Assembly: GCA_951406725.2 (NCBI GenBank)
Contig: OX597818.1
Location: forward strand, 104,842,001-104,906,000
Reading direction: 5' to 3'
Length of the DNA: 64,000 nucleotides
Source of the DNA: Octopus vulgaris
Taxonomy: Eukaryota
Position 1 is the first letter of the stretch. Each line of letters begins with the position of its first letter. Positions 15,652 to 29,257 of the stretch are shown in pieces. The notes beneath the pieces were generated by a model, which saw nothing but the letters and a program-made list of their open reading frames with translations, was not told where the DNA came from and did no database searches. The translations under genes and the position numbers were made by a program.

Positions 15652-16399
15652 GCGTGTGTGTGTATCGTGGTGAGTATTATAGTTATATGGTCTCCCGCAT
15701 GGTAAATACACAAAGATAAGCTAACGAGGGAACCTAACCTCTTTGTTCAAAGAAATCTAACCTCTTTGTTCGAAAGGAACCTAACCTCTTTGCTCAAAGA
15801 AACAATGAATGTTCGAGCTGAGGTATCAAATTTGCGAGTGGGGTGACTAACATGATTGTGAAAAAAAATGTTCAGGGAGAGAGAAACACACTTACTTCCA
15901 TAAGGCAAGAGATAACGGATACAGACAATTCGGAATAGCCTTGTATCTACCACGCGGACACGGTTAGTGCAATAATTTGTGTTCACTGAAGCCACTGAGG
16001 ATGAACGATATCAAAGAAGGAGAAAGAAGTAAAGGAGGAATGTCCTCGATTTAAGATGATTGATACTCCGATTAATGCTGACTAACGGAATAGTTCAAAG
16101 AGTGGTACAAGAAGAACAGATAAATAAAAGCGATTTTGAGCCAAAATAAATTAGAATGTTTATTGCTAATGTCCAGCAAAGAGTGGCGAGTGATAGTAAG
16201 AGTAGCTTCTACGTCAACACAAACACTGCTTTTCGGGAAGAAGCTGAAATATTGGCAATAACGAGGACAGTAAATATAGATAAGAGTTAAGTTAAAGAAT
16301 CGTTTATTGGGCGTTTTATTTTTTTTTTTCAGACTCCAACATGTTGCCATTGTTGTCCATCTGTGCCCATTCCGTCTTCGTGCGACTATGTTTGTTTGT

Positions 16400-16696
16400 T
16401 TCTTCTCGTGCATTAGTAGTTCCTGGGCCAAACGCATCGTTGATATCGCGAGCGGTTTCAGCAGCTTTTCGGCCTAGCTTGAACTGCAATAAGAAGATTG
16501 TGCGAATTCGCTTTCAGTCCATGTTGTTTTCAACGTTCCGGAGGAAATTGCTTAATTGAATAGTTCTTGCGGAATTATAAATTTTGGTTTTAGATGATGT
16601 ATTTTCAAATTAATCGTCGTTAAATTACTTTGACTTTATATATCATTTTAAAACCCGTTTTTCGCTCTATCTAATCATATAACTCTTTTTCTTATT
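16400..16696 (-). mobile_element. Mariner (Hsmar1/cecropia-like) 5'UTR plus transposase N-terminus, pseudogenised
   Basis: Minus strand from ATG at 16522: MD*KRIRTIFLLQFKLGRKAAETARDINDAFGPGTTNAR, similar to Hsmar1 KQIRAIFLFEFKMGRKAAETTRNINNAFGPGTANER. Confidence 0.85.
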
Positions 16697-16835
16697 ATTC
16701 AATAAGAAAAAGAGTGACACGATTAGATAGAGCGAAAAACGGGTTTTAAAATGATATATAAAGTCAAAGTAATTTAACGACGATTAATTTGAAAATACAT
16801 CATTTAAAACCAAAATTTATAATTCCGCAAGAACT
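16562..16835. repeat. Near-perfect palindrome, 135-bp arms and 4-nt loop
   Basis: 16562-16696 is the reverse complement of 16701-16835, with about 4 mismatches counted by eye. Confidence 0.95.
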
Positions 16836-16839
16836 TTCT

Positions 16840-17374
16840 TGACAACTTAACAGTATTTTCCTAAACAATAGATCCACTTATTTTGGTTAGTGACTTATTC
16901 ACGAATATACTAACACTAGGGCCACTGAAGGTAATATTCTCTGAGAACGCACAAAAGCCCTTTTCAAACATATTTACTTTGAATTGTTATTATCTCATAT
17001 CTGATTAGCCTGTTATTACGTAATATGCTTCACGATTTTAGTATACATACCTTATTAGTAGTTCTTCCTATGTTCTATATACTCTGGGAACGCATTAAAG
17101 CCCTTTTCGGGACTACTTTTGAAGAGTTACTATCAGGTAGCTAATTTCATGTTATTGCATAACTTACTTCACAATTTGGATATTCATAACTTATTGGGAA
17201 TTCCTAAAAACAAGATCCTATGTACGACAGTGCGGTATTCTCTGTGAATGCACAAAAACCCGTTTTTAGAGCTACATACTTTGTTTTGTTGTTATTGGAT
17301 TAGCGAAATAATAATGAAAACGGAACCAAGGGATAAGGCCTGCTTTTCCGGGAATTAGCGGGTACGTCAGCTAG
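16840..17374 (+). mobile_element. Non-autonomous Helitron, 3' part
   Basis: Ends in a GC-rich subterminal hairpin then CTAG|T; homologous to ~36050-36555. Confidence 0.75.
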
Positions 17375-17392
17375 TGTATACATACATATATA

Positions 17393-17895
17393 TACATCTA
17401 ATATAGCATAACATTTTTCGAAAAAAATTCTATCAATGGCCAGCATATTAAAAAGTACCTTTAAAGGTTAAATTTATAAACAACTTATAAACAAGGGCAA
17501 AAGAAAAAACTTCTAATGCCAAATATGCCGAAAATAGACTTAAATCGTCAATAACCATTAATTCATCACTATAAGCACGCGTCTTGAAATAAGCCGACAG
17601 AAATTTCTAAAAGATGTTGTTATTATCGTATCGGCACCGATTTCAGAGTTAATTCATAAGAATTTTCTCCTCGTCAGCGATAAATACAGTAAGAAATAAA
17701 TTAAATACTTACTTATACCCATGGAAGAAGTAAACACTAAGTCATATGTACACTTAAGTACCCCAAATATAACCAAAATAGAAATTCTCCAGCACACCTC
17801 GAGACACGTGTGATCGGACTGAAAATTCTCATAGAGTGAGAAAGTCCGGAAGTGAATAGTATTAAATTTACATCTAATATGGGATAAAATGTATT
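17393..17895 (-). mobile_element. PLE-like pseudo-LTR/retrozyme-like unit carrying a hammerhead ribozyme
   Basis: Short direct repeat TACATCTAATAT.G.ATAA.AT at both ends (~17393, ~17869), microsatellite flanks, internal hammerhead. Confidence 0.6.
17623..17683 (-). ncRNA. Type I hammerhead ribozyme
   Basis: Minus: UUAUCG CUGACGA GGAG-AA-AAUUC-UUAU-GAAUU-AA-CUCU GAAA UCGGUGCCGA UA^CGAUAA. Intact core, 6-bp stem I, extended stem II, stem III closed, AUA cleavage triplet. Confidence 0.85.
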
Positions 17896-17898
17896 TAT

Positions 17899-17993
<95 letters not shown>

Positions 17994-18003
17994 CATACAT
18001 TTA

Positions 18004-18062
<59 letters not shown>

Positions 18063-18084
18063 CATACAGATATATATTTATATA

Positions 18085-18363
18085 TACATATAAGAGGGAT
18101 AACCACCAAGTGGACATCCATTATGCTAGAAGTAGACCCCCTGTGGTCTTACCACTAAGAAAGGAATGTTCGCAAGAAAATTTAGCAAACACCAGAACGT
18201 AAGCGTGCAGGACAAATGAAAAGATACAAAATATGTCTTGCTCGCTTACGTTTTGGCGTTTCCTAAATTTTCTTGAGAACAATCCTTTCTTAGTGGTAAG
18301 ACCATAGGGGGTCTACTTCTAGCATAATGGATGTCCACTTAGTGGTCATTCCTCTTATATGTA
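18085..18363. mobile_element. Foldback MITE (~130-bp imperfect arms, ~19-nt loop) in TA-rich context
   Basis: AAGTGGACATCCATTATGCTAGAAGTAGACCCCCT pairs with AGGGGGTCTACTTCTAGCATAATGGATGTCCACTT; pairing continues to GACA/TGTC. Confidence 0.85.
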
Positions 18364-18459
18364 TGTAATATAATTTTTCTGAATCTTCAGATTTTTCAAT
18401 ATGCTACACCACTGGTTTTAAATTGATATTAATCAAATTGATATTCAAATTTTCACCCT

Positions 18460-18996
<537 letters not shown>

Positions 18997-19087
18997 ATAT
19001 ATATGTGTGTGTGTGTGTGAGTGTGCGTATATGTATGTGTTTGTGTGTGCTTGTTTGTGCTTGTGTGTGCCTGTGTCTGTATATATA

Positions 19088-19127
<40 letters not shown>

Positions 19128-19142
19128 GTATGTATGTATGTG

Positions 19143-19185
<43 letters not shown>

Positions 19186-19989
19186 AGGGAAAGGAAAAAA
19201 CATGTATGAACATGTGAATGGACATCAGTTACTTTCACTCTATATAGACATGTTTACTCTATTTAATTGGTCGCTATTCTTGTTTGCAAGTGTCTAAGAG
19301 CAAAACACTAAAATATTTTGTGCATGTGTTAGTCTGAGAGAGAGAGAGAGAAAGAGTATTTTGTTTGTGTTTGTGTGTGTGTGTGTAAGTTAGAGTGTGC
19401 GTGTGTGTAGAGAGAGAGAGAGAGAGAGAGAAAGAAAAAGAGACTGTGGAAGCTTAATATAAAAAATGTCAACAATATGGCATTATCAGTTGATAGAGCG
19501 CAAGGACACTTAAATTCTACATTATCTTTGTAAATAATTTACTGAGAAAAATTACTCAGACACACCATCTGCAAGAAAAAACAGTAACCAAGTAAGTGTT
19601 GTTAACTCATTGAATACAACGAGAATTAAAAAGCTAATTCGTAATGATTAGGCGTTGAGGAAAAGGCAATATAATTTATTAGCTAATAGTATCTTTAAAT
19701 AATTTTCCAAGCAAGGGGGAGATAATATCAAATATGTTTCGATCTTATTGGACCTAGTTAGTCTAGTTTTCAGAAATAGATAAAAGCGCGTGAGAATGTT
19801 AAATTTGCGTTACAATGGTGTTCTTGCCGAAGATAGATTCATTTTCCATCTGACTAATGTGAAAGAACTTTCAGACTTCTACTAACATTACGAGAACCAT
19901 GTTAGACGTGTGCATAATTTATTGTTCTACTGTGTGAGTCAGTCTAACGCATTTGTATGCTCACAATAAATACGTATGTGCATATATAT

Positions 19990-20061
<72 letters not shown>

Positions 20062-20083
20062 TGACAGACAGATAACTAGATAG

Positions 20084-20126
<43 letters not shown>

Positions 20127-20136
20127 TACACACATA

Positions 20137-20186
<50 letters not shown>

Positions 20187-20279
20187 ATCATATAGATGTT
20201 TATCTCTGGTTATATAGTTTGATAAATAGAAAGATATGTGCATACATGTGTATATACTTACAAACATAAAACAGTGTTG

Positions 20280-20880
20280 TAACAAATGCGTGTCTCTGTA
20301 TAGAAATTTATCAGTATATCTTTCTAAAAAAAAACGTCAAATATACCAAGTAAAGAACAAGAGACAAAATTAAGGTTGTATTATACTTGGATAATGGAAT
20401 TTTTTTTTTAACTAATGTATGATAATAGTAGTCTTTTGTGATTTATTTTATTTTTGTCCGGTAGTTCCAGACGGCTTTAAAAAGCCTCTTAGTGAGTGAT
20501 GTTCTATCTCTGCTCTAATTTGACATTAAATGCCGAGTAGTGTTATTTAGCTGGAAATAAGTATGTTATCTCGAGAGAAAGTTTTACGTATTCAATGCAG
20601 CCTTGGCGATTGTGGGAAAAAGTGCGAATAATTGCTTGAAATCTGTAACTTTAATTTAGCCGGTAATAATACCTATTTTACCAACTCAGATAGAAGAGCC
20701 GAGTTAACACATAGGTTTCAATTTTCGGCATCAGCAGTTTTCCTTTACGAATGTCGCTATTGCTCTCGACAAAGAGTATTTTTCTATCGCTTGCATGGCT
20801 AATACGTTTCATAAGTATATGATGCATGGTACAGTCGTTGATAAAAAACCATGCTTCAGTTGTTGATAAAAAAAAATCAT
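20280..20880 (-). mobile_element. Possible highly decayed Penelope-like C-terminal (GIY-YIG side) remnant
   Basis: Weak minus-strand motifs SYT.MKRISHA..KIL and KAVWN; no open frame. Confidence 0.3.
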
Positions 20881-20889
20881 GCTTTATTA

Positions 20890-21790
20890 ACTTCCTTGAA
20901 TACTACGCTTCTCTGCAAGATCCTGCTGCGATATATGCTTTTGTCTTCAACTTCCATGTTTAAGAAACCTGTGAAAGGTCCTACTTCTCCTGTTCTGCAC
21001 TGTGCGAAATTTGTATTTCAATGCCAGCATTTTTCTTTTCCACAGTCTCTCCTGCAATTTACCAAATAAAGCACCAGCTCTGATCATTTTCAATGTGATT
21101 TCCTCATCTAGTTGTACATTATCTGAGATGGTGCATAGGTATTTGAAGGCAGCGAGCTGGCAGAAACGCTAGCACGCCGGGCGAAATGCGTAGCCGTATT
21201 TCGTCAGCCGTTACGTTCTGAGTTCAAATTCCGCCGAGGTCGACTTTGCCTTTCATCCTTTTCGGGGTCGATAAATTACGTACCAGTTACGCACTGGGGT
21301 CGATATAATCGACTTAATCCGTTTGTCTGTCCTTGTTTGTCCCCTCTGTGTTTAGCCCCTTGTGGGTAGTAAAGAAACGGGTATTTGAATGCTTTGCACT
21401 GAACCGGCCCTTCATGTCTAATAGGAATGTTTTCTTCTGTTACAAGGGTATCTAGGTTCTGCACAGGTCGGTAAAGACATTCGGTTTCTCTGATGTTATC
21501 TTTAAGCTGAACTGTTGTACAGCTCTGGCAAATTTATCTACTAGTTTCTGCATACCTTCAGTACTGTGAGCAACCAACGCACAATCATCAGTGAACAGCA
21601 TTTCTCGCACTAGGATCTTCGTAGTGCACGTTTTTGCTTTATACGGATCAACATTATACCGTGTCCGAATGTAAATCTCCCTTCCAACTCACTCGAAGAC
21701 AACTTCCAACACTGCTGCGATCTAGGAGAACGGTACTGGATCAATTACACACCCTTGTTTAATTCCTTACAGATTCGGCCGTTTACACTT
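20890..21790 (-). mobile_element. RTE-clade LINE RT fragment, interrupted by a SINE
   Basis: Minus: GIKQGCVIDPVPFS, VREMLFTDDCALVAHSTEGMQKLVDKFARA (FADD-type catalytic motif), FKYL. Confidence 0.85.
21148..21379 (+). mobile_element. SINE-A, TAGT-tail variant, with 10-bp TSD GGTATTTGAA
   Basis: TSD at 21138-21147 and 21380-21389; tail CCCCTTGTGGGTAGTAAAGAAAC. Confidence 0.92.
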
Positions 21791-22692
21791 GAGACTGTTC
21801 AAATCTGGCTGGCCCCATAAATCTAAGCTAAGAGCAAAAAATGTTTTAGTACATACACACATACATATATATATATGTGTATGAATATATATATACATAT
21901 ATATACACATATAAATATATAAATATATGTATATATGTATATATATGTATATATATGTATATATATAAATATATATATATATATATAATCTACACTTGCT
22001 TGATGAGTTGAGATCTTCCGCAATGCAATTTAATAGAATACACATCATTATTTCAGTGCATCTACTACTTACCTTGTGATATATATGTGCAGTAATATGA
22101 TGTAGTTCATTTGATTGCTAACTCCCCTGGTTACGTTTACAATACTAATATATTATAACGCATTGGACCGTATCCTATTATCTGATACCCTACGGACTCG
22201 CAATCTCTTCTCTCTCGCATAGTAACACACCTCCGATCATTTCACAATAATGCTACTACATATAATGGCTAACATTTCAAGAAAGCTCAACACGAACTAT
22301 TCGGTCTATATTACTTTATAAAAGTATCAGAAATTAAATATTGATAAATACCACATTTCTTTGATTTATTTGATTCAATTGGTAACCTGTTGATTGTATG
22401 TATTTGTTGAGATGCAAAAAGATTACTGAGACAGAAGGTCGTTTCTATTATATATCGTTTCACCTTTTTAAATGAAAAGAAAACATTGTTGATACATCTT
22501 GCTATTATTAAGCCATTAATATGATTCCCGTCGTTATTGAAATGAGATTGTCCTTTGACTAAGATGTAAGACCAATACATCATTCACTCAAAGATACTTT
22601 TGCCGAAAGAAGTTTAGATCAACCACTGAAATTGTATGTATTCGGAGAGATACAAAAAGATCGATTTTTGTCAGAAATATAGCCATATAGCT

Positions 22693-23990
22693 AATTCAAT
22701 CACATCTACTACATCACCTTAGAGCAAGTATTTACGGAGACCCAGTTTCGATTCCCGCTTGAAAGAACTTTGTAAGGAACTCTATGACAAAGTTAAAACA
22801 GTATTTCGACCAGAATACTGATATATCAAATATCTAATCTGGTACAACATCGATTTTCTGAAACGTTTCGTTCCAAAGGCATTCTCGAATACCGATTTTT
22901 CTAAATCAGGGCTGGTCACTCTCTAAATCCAAAAATTCAATCACATCTACTACATCACCTTAGAGCAAATATTTATGGAGACCCAGTTTCGATTCCCGGT
23001 TGAAAGAAATCCGCTGTTATTCACTTAAGGTAAACGTTTAACATCATAATTTTTATTTTCCTCTAAAATTCCCTAGAAGATGCAGGACTTTTGACCACAA
23101 ATTCAAAATAAATCTATTTTACCAAAGAAAGAGGGTTACATCAGCATTTAGCTGGTGCTCATTTCAGTTGAGTTAACTTGAGTAATGTGAAATGAGGTGG
23201 AGTAATGTGTAATTCTCAAGGACATAACTCAACACCGGATCTTCCGATCAAGAAATCGGACCCACAGCTGTTTGATCGTGAGCCTAACACGTTAACAATC
23301 AAATGCGCACCTTCACAATAATCATATTACAAACGCGCAGCCGATCTCTGACGAATTGATCGTTTCAGCCATTCGATTAACAAAAGTACTAACTCATCTT
23401 TAACATAACTAAGAAGATCTTCTGGTTGTCAAGTCAGCGATCACTTGCTCGCATGATTGCAGAGCAAAGTTCACAACCTCGCAACCATATCTGCGCCCTC
23501 TTAACCAAACAGTTATTATTTTTAGGAAAATATATGGCCTTACTACAAAAAAAAACATGCTTAAAACATATTTTTGTACAGCAAAAAGTAAACTGTTTTT
23601 AGTTGAAGGAATGTTATTTTCAGCCTCAGGGTATCTCTGATCGAAAAGTGGTTGACTCTTTCTGTTACAGGTATCAGATAGGCTTTGACAGATTGGCTTG
23701 ACAGATTGGTTTGACAGGAGCCTTTTAATTGAAATGTGAAATAGCATCTGATTTCTCAAAAAGTTTTAGGATCTCTCTGTCGAATAAATTCGACAAGAAA
23801 GATCTACTTGGACGAAAGCAAGCCTTCTGTGCGTAAAGAATTTGTAAGGAACAGTATTTCGACCAGAATACTGATATATCAAATATCTAATCTGGAACAA
23901 CATCGATTTTCTGAAACGTTTCGTTCCAAAGGCATTCTCGAATACTGATTTTTCTAAATCAGGGCGGGTCACTCTCTAAATCAAAAAAAA
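22693..23990. repeat. Local duplications: ~75-bp unit repeated ~242 bp apart, and a ~150-bp block copied again at ~23836-23988
   Basis: AATTCAATCACATCTACTACATCACCTTAGAGCAA at 22693 and 22935; CAGTATTTCGACCAGAATACTGATATATC... at ~22799 and ~23852. Confidence 0.85.
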
Positions 23991-24053
23991 ATTAAATTTA
24001 TTAAACAAATAAAATACGGTTATCTGTACATTAGTATAAGCGATACAAGTTTA

Positions 24054-24420
24054 ACAAGAGCACTCAGACAGCGCCAACCTCCCTTAGAAAACACCAACGT
24101 TCTCGCAACGATTAGCCAGAGATGATTTTTAAAATGGGAATATCTGAAATAAACTCGGCTGCTCTCACAAACTAGAATACTAAAAATGAATCCGACCGCT
24201 CTAAGAAATTAAGTAAAATGAAAATAGGACAAAATAATCCAGAATCTTTGTCCGGTGCCAAATCGATTCCAAAATCTAATCAGTTCTTGCCAGTCACGAG
24301 GCCAAACATCCCCGAAAGTTTCATCCAGTGGTTCTTGAGATACCTTGTCCACGGACAAAGAAACAAAGTCAAACACGACTGAAAACAATACCTCCGCCTT
24401 CGCTAAGGCGGAGGTAATAA
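24054..24420 (-). mobile_element. Helentron-associated (HINE/DINE-1-like) non-autonomous element
   Basis: Minus starts TATTACCTCCGCCTTAGCGAAGGCGGAGGTATTG (subterminal IR), contains ATGAAACTTT, ends GGAGGTTGGCGCTGTCTGAGTGCTCTTGTT with a short hairpin. Confidence 0.7.
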
Positions 24421-24977
24421 TACTGTACTGTGCAAGTTACTAATCTGTGCAAGTTACTAGTAGAGTAGTCTGATAGAGACGGGAATTTGAAGTTCCTGCA
24501 CGTAATTTAGTACGGATTATAAGAGTCTCCGGACAATCAATGTCCAGAAGGTCTGTGTTGTACTTAAATCTATACCTGAGTCATACAATTCTAAATAGTA
24601 GATCAAACCCACGACCTAAGGATCTTTATCACAATATCCTAATCACTGACTAGGGTTTTGGCCGCCCTGATTGGCCGTCTTGAGTGGTACTTTAACTATA
24701 CAGACCTTCCTTAAACGTAATACTTTTGACTATGTCAAATGCGCGCGCACCCCGTATACCCTCGCAATGCTACGGACCTTAACTACTGGATTCCCTCTGC
24801 TATATCTCACTTAAAGCTATTGGGTAAACTGCACTTTTGTTAGAAGAATAAATATAGCCATTCAACTAAGAGGAAAATGTGTTTAAATTAATGTTATTGA
24901 CCAGCAAATACTTTTGTTTCGATTCAGATCAGTCCAAATCGGGCAGGCCTAATCAAAGGCTATCCTAGTCGAAAATA

Positions 24978-25210
24978 TATTTCTTTACTACCCACAAGGG
25001 GCTAAACACAGAGGGGACAAACAAGGACGGACAAAAGGGATTAAGTCGATTACATCGACCCCAGTGCGTAACTGGTACTTAATTTATCGACCCCGAAAGG
25101 ATAAAAGGCAAAGTCGACCTCGGCGGAATTTGAACTCGGAACGTAACGACAGACGAAATACAGCAACGCATTTCGCCCGGCGTGCTAACGTTTCTGCCAG
25201 CTCTAGGCCT
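24978..25210 (-). mobile_element. SINE-A, TAGT-tail variant, with 17-bp TSD
   Basis: TATCCTAGTCGAAAATA (24961-24977) and TATCCTAATCGAAAATA (25211-25227). Confidence 0.9.
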
Positions 25211-25328
25211 TATCCTAATCGAAAATAATCAAGTTACAACCTTTACGTTTCTTATCATTGTTTAGTATATATTGCACAAACTTACTCGTTTCCATTCCAA
25301 TAGGGTTGGATATATGGTAGAAATATAA

Positions 25329-25609
25329 GTATAAAAAAATACAAACTTGGACAAGAACGCAAAACATTTAGAAGACGATACAAAAAACACGGACGGGACA
25401 TTCGAAGCCTTCAATCTTCAGTCAAGAACTGGATTATCCTCGCAATTTCGGCTGATCAATCTTGAGATTACTCCAATCTGGCCAGCCCCAAGGAAAAACT
25501 AAGCTAAGCGCATTAGATTCCTTGGAAGAAAGCTTCGAATGTATACAAAACAAGGACAGAAAAACCGACGATGTTACACGAATATGAATATAAAAATAAT
25601 ACGTAAAAC

Positions 25610-25665
<56 letters not shown>

Positions 25666-25707
25666 GTAAAAACAATAATAATAATAATAATAATAATACG
25701 TAAAAAC

Positions 25708-25777
<70 letters not shown>

Positions 25778-26556
25778 GCCCTGATGCAGTACCAGGCAGT
25801 GGCTCTCATGGCTTCTGATCTTAACTGATTGGAAGTGTTATCATGTACATTGTTTTGTCTTGGTATAAAAGATGGGCTACAGCAAATATTCTGCTCAATA
25901 CCACAGATTTGCTTGTCAGTTGTTTGACCTTAACCAGTTGAGCATGTTCCTTAGTGGCTGACGATATGTGCATCTCTGATCACGAGCAGAAGTAGTGGGG
26001 GAGCATCATAGCCATGTGTTGAGAGGGATTCTTTGGGGTTTGAATAGTTCACCTCTGGAAACATGGGTGGTTCTTTCAACATCCTTAAACAATCCTTATT
26101 CAGGGACCGTTTGAGCGGGATGGGCTACTCGACCTGAAGAAAATTCTAACTGGGCCCCACCTGCAAGGTCATGTGCTGTTTATCTTGATATGAGATCACC
26201 ATGTCGCGCACATATGGTTGTGATGCATGTGCCTGGTGTACCTTTATCAGACGGGTAGTCATGATGGGTATATTGGGCTTCGTATATTTTACCCCAGTGT
26301 CACTTTGATGGCATGAACTGCTCTCTCACTCAATAATAATAATAATAATAATAACAATAACAGGACACCACAAACTGGCGTCTTTCGACTAGGACAAATT
26401 AAACTCAGCTGGCGTGTTAGGAATGTGCCTTGGGGTAGAGAAAAAGAATGTTGGTGTTATCACGACGGCATTGAAGGCTTCGAATGTCCCGTCCGTGTTT
26501 TTTGTATCGTCTTCTAAATGTTTTGCGTTCTTGTCCCAGTTTGTATTTTTTTATAC
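25329..26556. mobile_element. Element with 87-bp inverted terminal repeats (PLE inverted-pLTR-like or MITE) hosting a nested insertion
   Basis: 25329-25415 is the reverse complement of 26470-26556 with one mismatch. Confidence 0.75.
25775..26331 (+). mobile_element. Non-coding ~557-bp element inserted in (AAT)n
   Basis: (AAT)n on both sides; its right end recurs as a truncated copy at 51887-51977, also in (AAT)n. Strand inferred from the truncation. Confidence 0.75.
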
Positions 26557-27199
26557 ATATATATAGCGGCGTACGCCTCTCTCTTATATGATAGAAATAT
26601 AACTTCTATTTCTAGCAGATGATTCACTCATTTGAATCGTGAAAAGTTCGGTTGTGTCAATCAGGAGTTGTACTCTGAATGTCTTCTTTGAAATCAGTTA
26701 TGACTATGCAAGCAGTTAAATAACCGAATTTTCATTTACTTCGTGCAAACCGTGCAGATAGAATATATTCCGATTTCTTTCCATTTAACACCAGAAATAC
26801 TAGATATATTTTACTATCTTTCTAGGTAGATGTGCAAATATTAAAGAAAGGTAAATAAAATATCAAATAATGGATTTCATCTTTAAGAATTACAGCAAAA
26901 TTCATGAGAGAGAAAGTAAGAAGCCCAATGCGATAACTTTTATATGCTTCATGTAATAGTGAGGAGGAAATTGAAATGGGTCAAAAATGATTCTTTGGTA
27001 CGTCTAGTGTTAACAATATCTCATTTCATAGATATATATCATAACACTAAGAATGACAAGGTAACAAAAAAAATGCTAGAAGTAAATAAGTATTATATGT
27101 GGGCAAATAAATCTTTTCAAAGAAATTGCGCTAAGAATCATTTTTCCCACCGGCAGATACTTAGGAAGAATATCTTTTGTGAACGTTCAAGTATTGGAA

Positions 27200-27359
27200 A
27201 TTGAGAGAGAAATATATACATAAAGATATAAATATAAAAATGTGTCAATATGTATGTATATGTGTGTGCATGTTTGTGTGTGTGTGCATGTGTACGTGTG
27301 TGTGTATGCATGTGTATATTTCTCTCTCTTTCTCTTTCTTTCTATCTCTCTCTCTCTCA

Positions 27360-27392
<33 letters not shown>

Positions 27393-27496
27393 CACACACA
27401 TATATATATGCATATATATGTGTATGTATATATACATATATGTATAAATATATATATATGTATATATATACTTACGTATTTATACATAAATACAAG

Positions 27497-27575
<79 letters not shown>

Positions 27576-27617
27576 GTATATATATATACATATACATAAG
27601 TAAGCATACACACACAC

Positions 27618-27678
<61 letters not shown>

Positions 27679-27949
27679 ATGCAAGTACAGGCATACGTGT
27701 GTATGTTCTTGTACGCGTACGCACGTGTGTGTGTATGTATGTAAATATTTAGAACGTATACATGAATATATTTATTTGTCCATGTATGCATATATTTATA
27801 TATATATATGTACATGTATGTATATCTGCGACTATGTATAGATATATTTACATGTACAAACACACACACACGTATATGAGTCTGTCCTTACACTAATATC
27901 TATATATGATGCATATATATGCAGACGTATGGACACGCACATAAATAAC

Positions 27950-27988
<39 letters not shown>

Positions 27989-28629
27989 GTGTGCGTGTGT
28001 TTGTGTGTGTGTGCGCGTGTGTGTGTGTGTGCGCGTGTGTGTGCGCGCGCGTGTGTGTGTGTGTGTATGTGTGTGCGTGTGTGAGCTTGCGTTCATTTAT
28101 GTACAGTTATAGAGTCATGAACAGACACTTCTAGAACGAGTACTTCCAAATATGAATACAGGACACGCGAAGAGACACATTACAAAGAGAAGAAAAGAGA
28201 AAAGAGATAAACTTCTTTACCAATATTCATAATAAATAGCTGTTACGTTACTAGGTTTCAAAATTGAAATTGTTTTTATCTTTATATATGTGTGAACACG
28301 ACTATTCAAACACAGGTTTAGATACTCAAATAAAAACAGCTAAAAGCTATTTTATCTCAAATGACACTCTCAGTTAAGCAAACGTGTAACTGTATGTACG
28401 TGTGATTGTGTGTGTGTGTGATTGTGTCTGTCTGTCTCTGTGTGTGTGTGTGTGCGTGTCTATGTCTCACTCCCCCTTCTCTCTTTCCTCTGTCTCTCTC
28501 TCTCTCGCTCTCTTACACTCTCTGTTTCATTTTCTCTCTCATTGTCGGTCTTATTCTCTCCACTTTTCTGGGGGTTTTTTCCATTCCCTTTCTCATGTAT
28601 GCGTACGTGTGTATGTGTGTATGTGTGCC

Positions 28630-28695
<66 letters not shown>

Positions 28696-28711
28696 TATGT
28701 ATTATATTATT

Positions 28712-28754
<43 letters not shown>

Positions 28755-28892
28755 ATGTATTTATATAAATATATAGAGAGAGTGAGAGACAGACAGAGAG
28801 AAAAAGAGAGAGAGACATACATATGTGCACATATGTATAAATATATATAATGTATACATACATGCATGCATACATACATATATATACATATA

Positions 28893-28937
<45 letters not shown>

Positions 28938-29191
28938 CTATATGCACACACATGCACTGTCGTGGTCAAAAGCCTGAATACAAAGGTAAAAATAAGGATT
29001 TTGCACTGTAATATTGATAATGGGAATGGGAAAAAAACCACTGGATATCATAATAAAATAAATATATAAGCTGAAAGTTTACAAAAGTACAAATATTTAT
29101 GTTATATTCTTCAAACGTGTACATACATAAATACACACACGCATGCATACGTATACATATGTCTATGTATGTATAGATATATACCTGTGTA

Positions 29192-29257
<66 letters not shown>

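Noticed and set aside
19728-19765. Minus-strand hammerhead-like CTAACTA-GGTC..GATC-GAAAC-ATAT
   Set aside because: Several core mismatches and no stem I.
25400-25500. CTGAAGA and GCCGAAA motifs on the minus strand
   Set aside because: They occur in an arrangement that I could not fold into a valid hammerhead.
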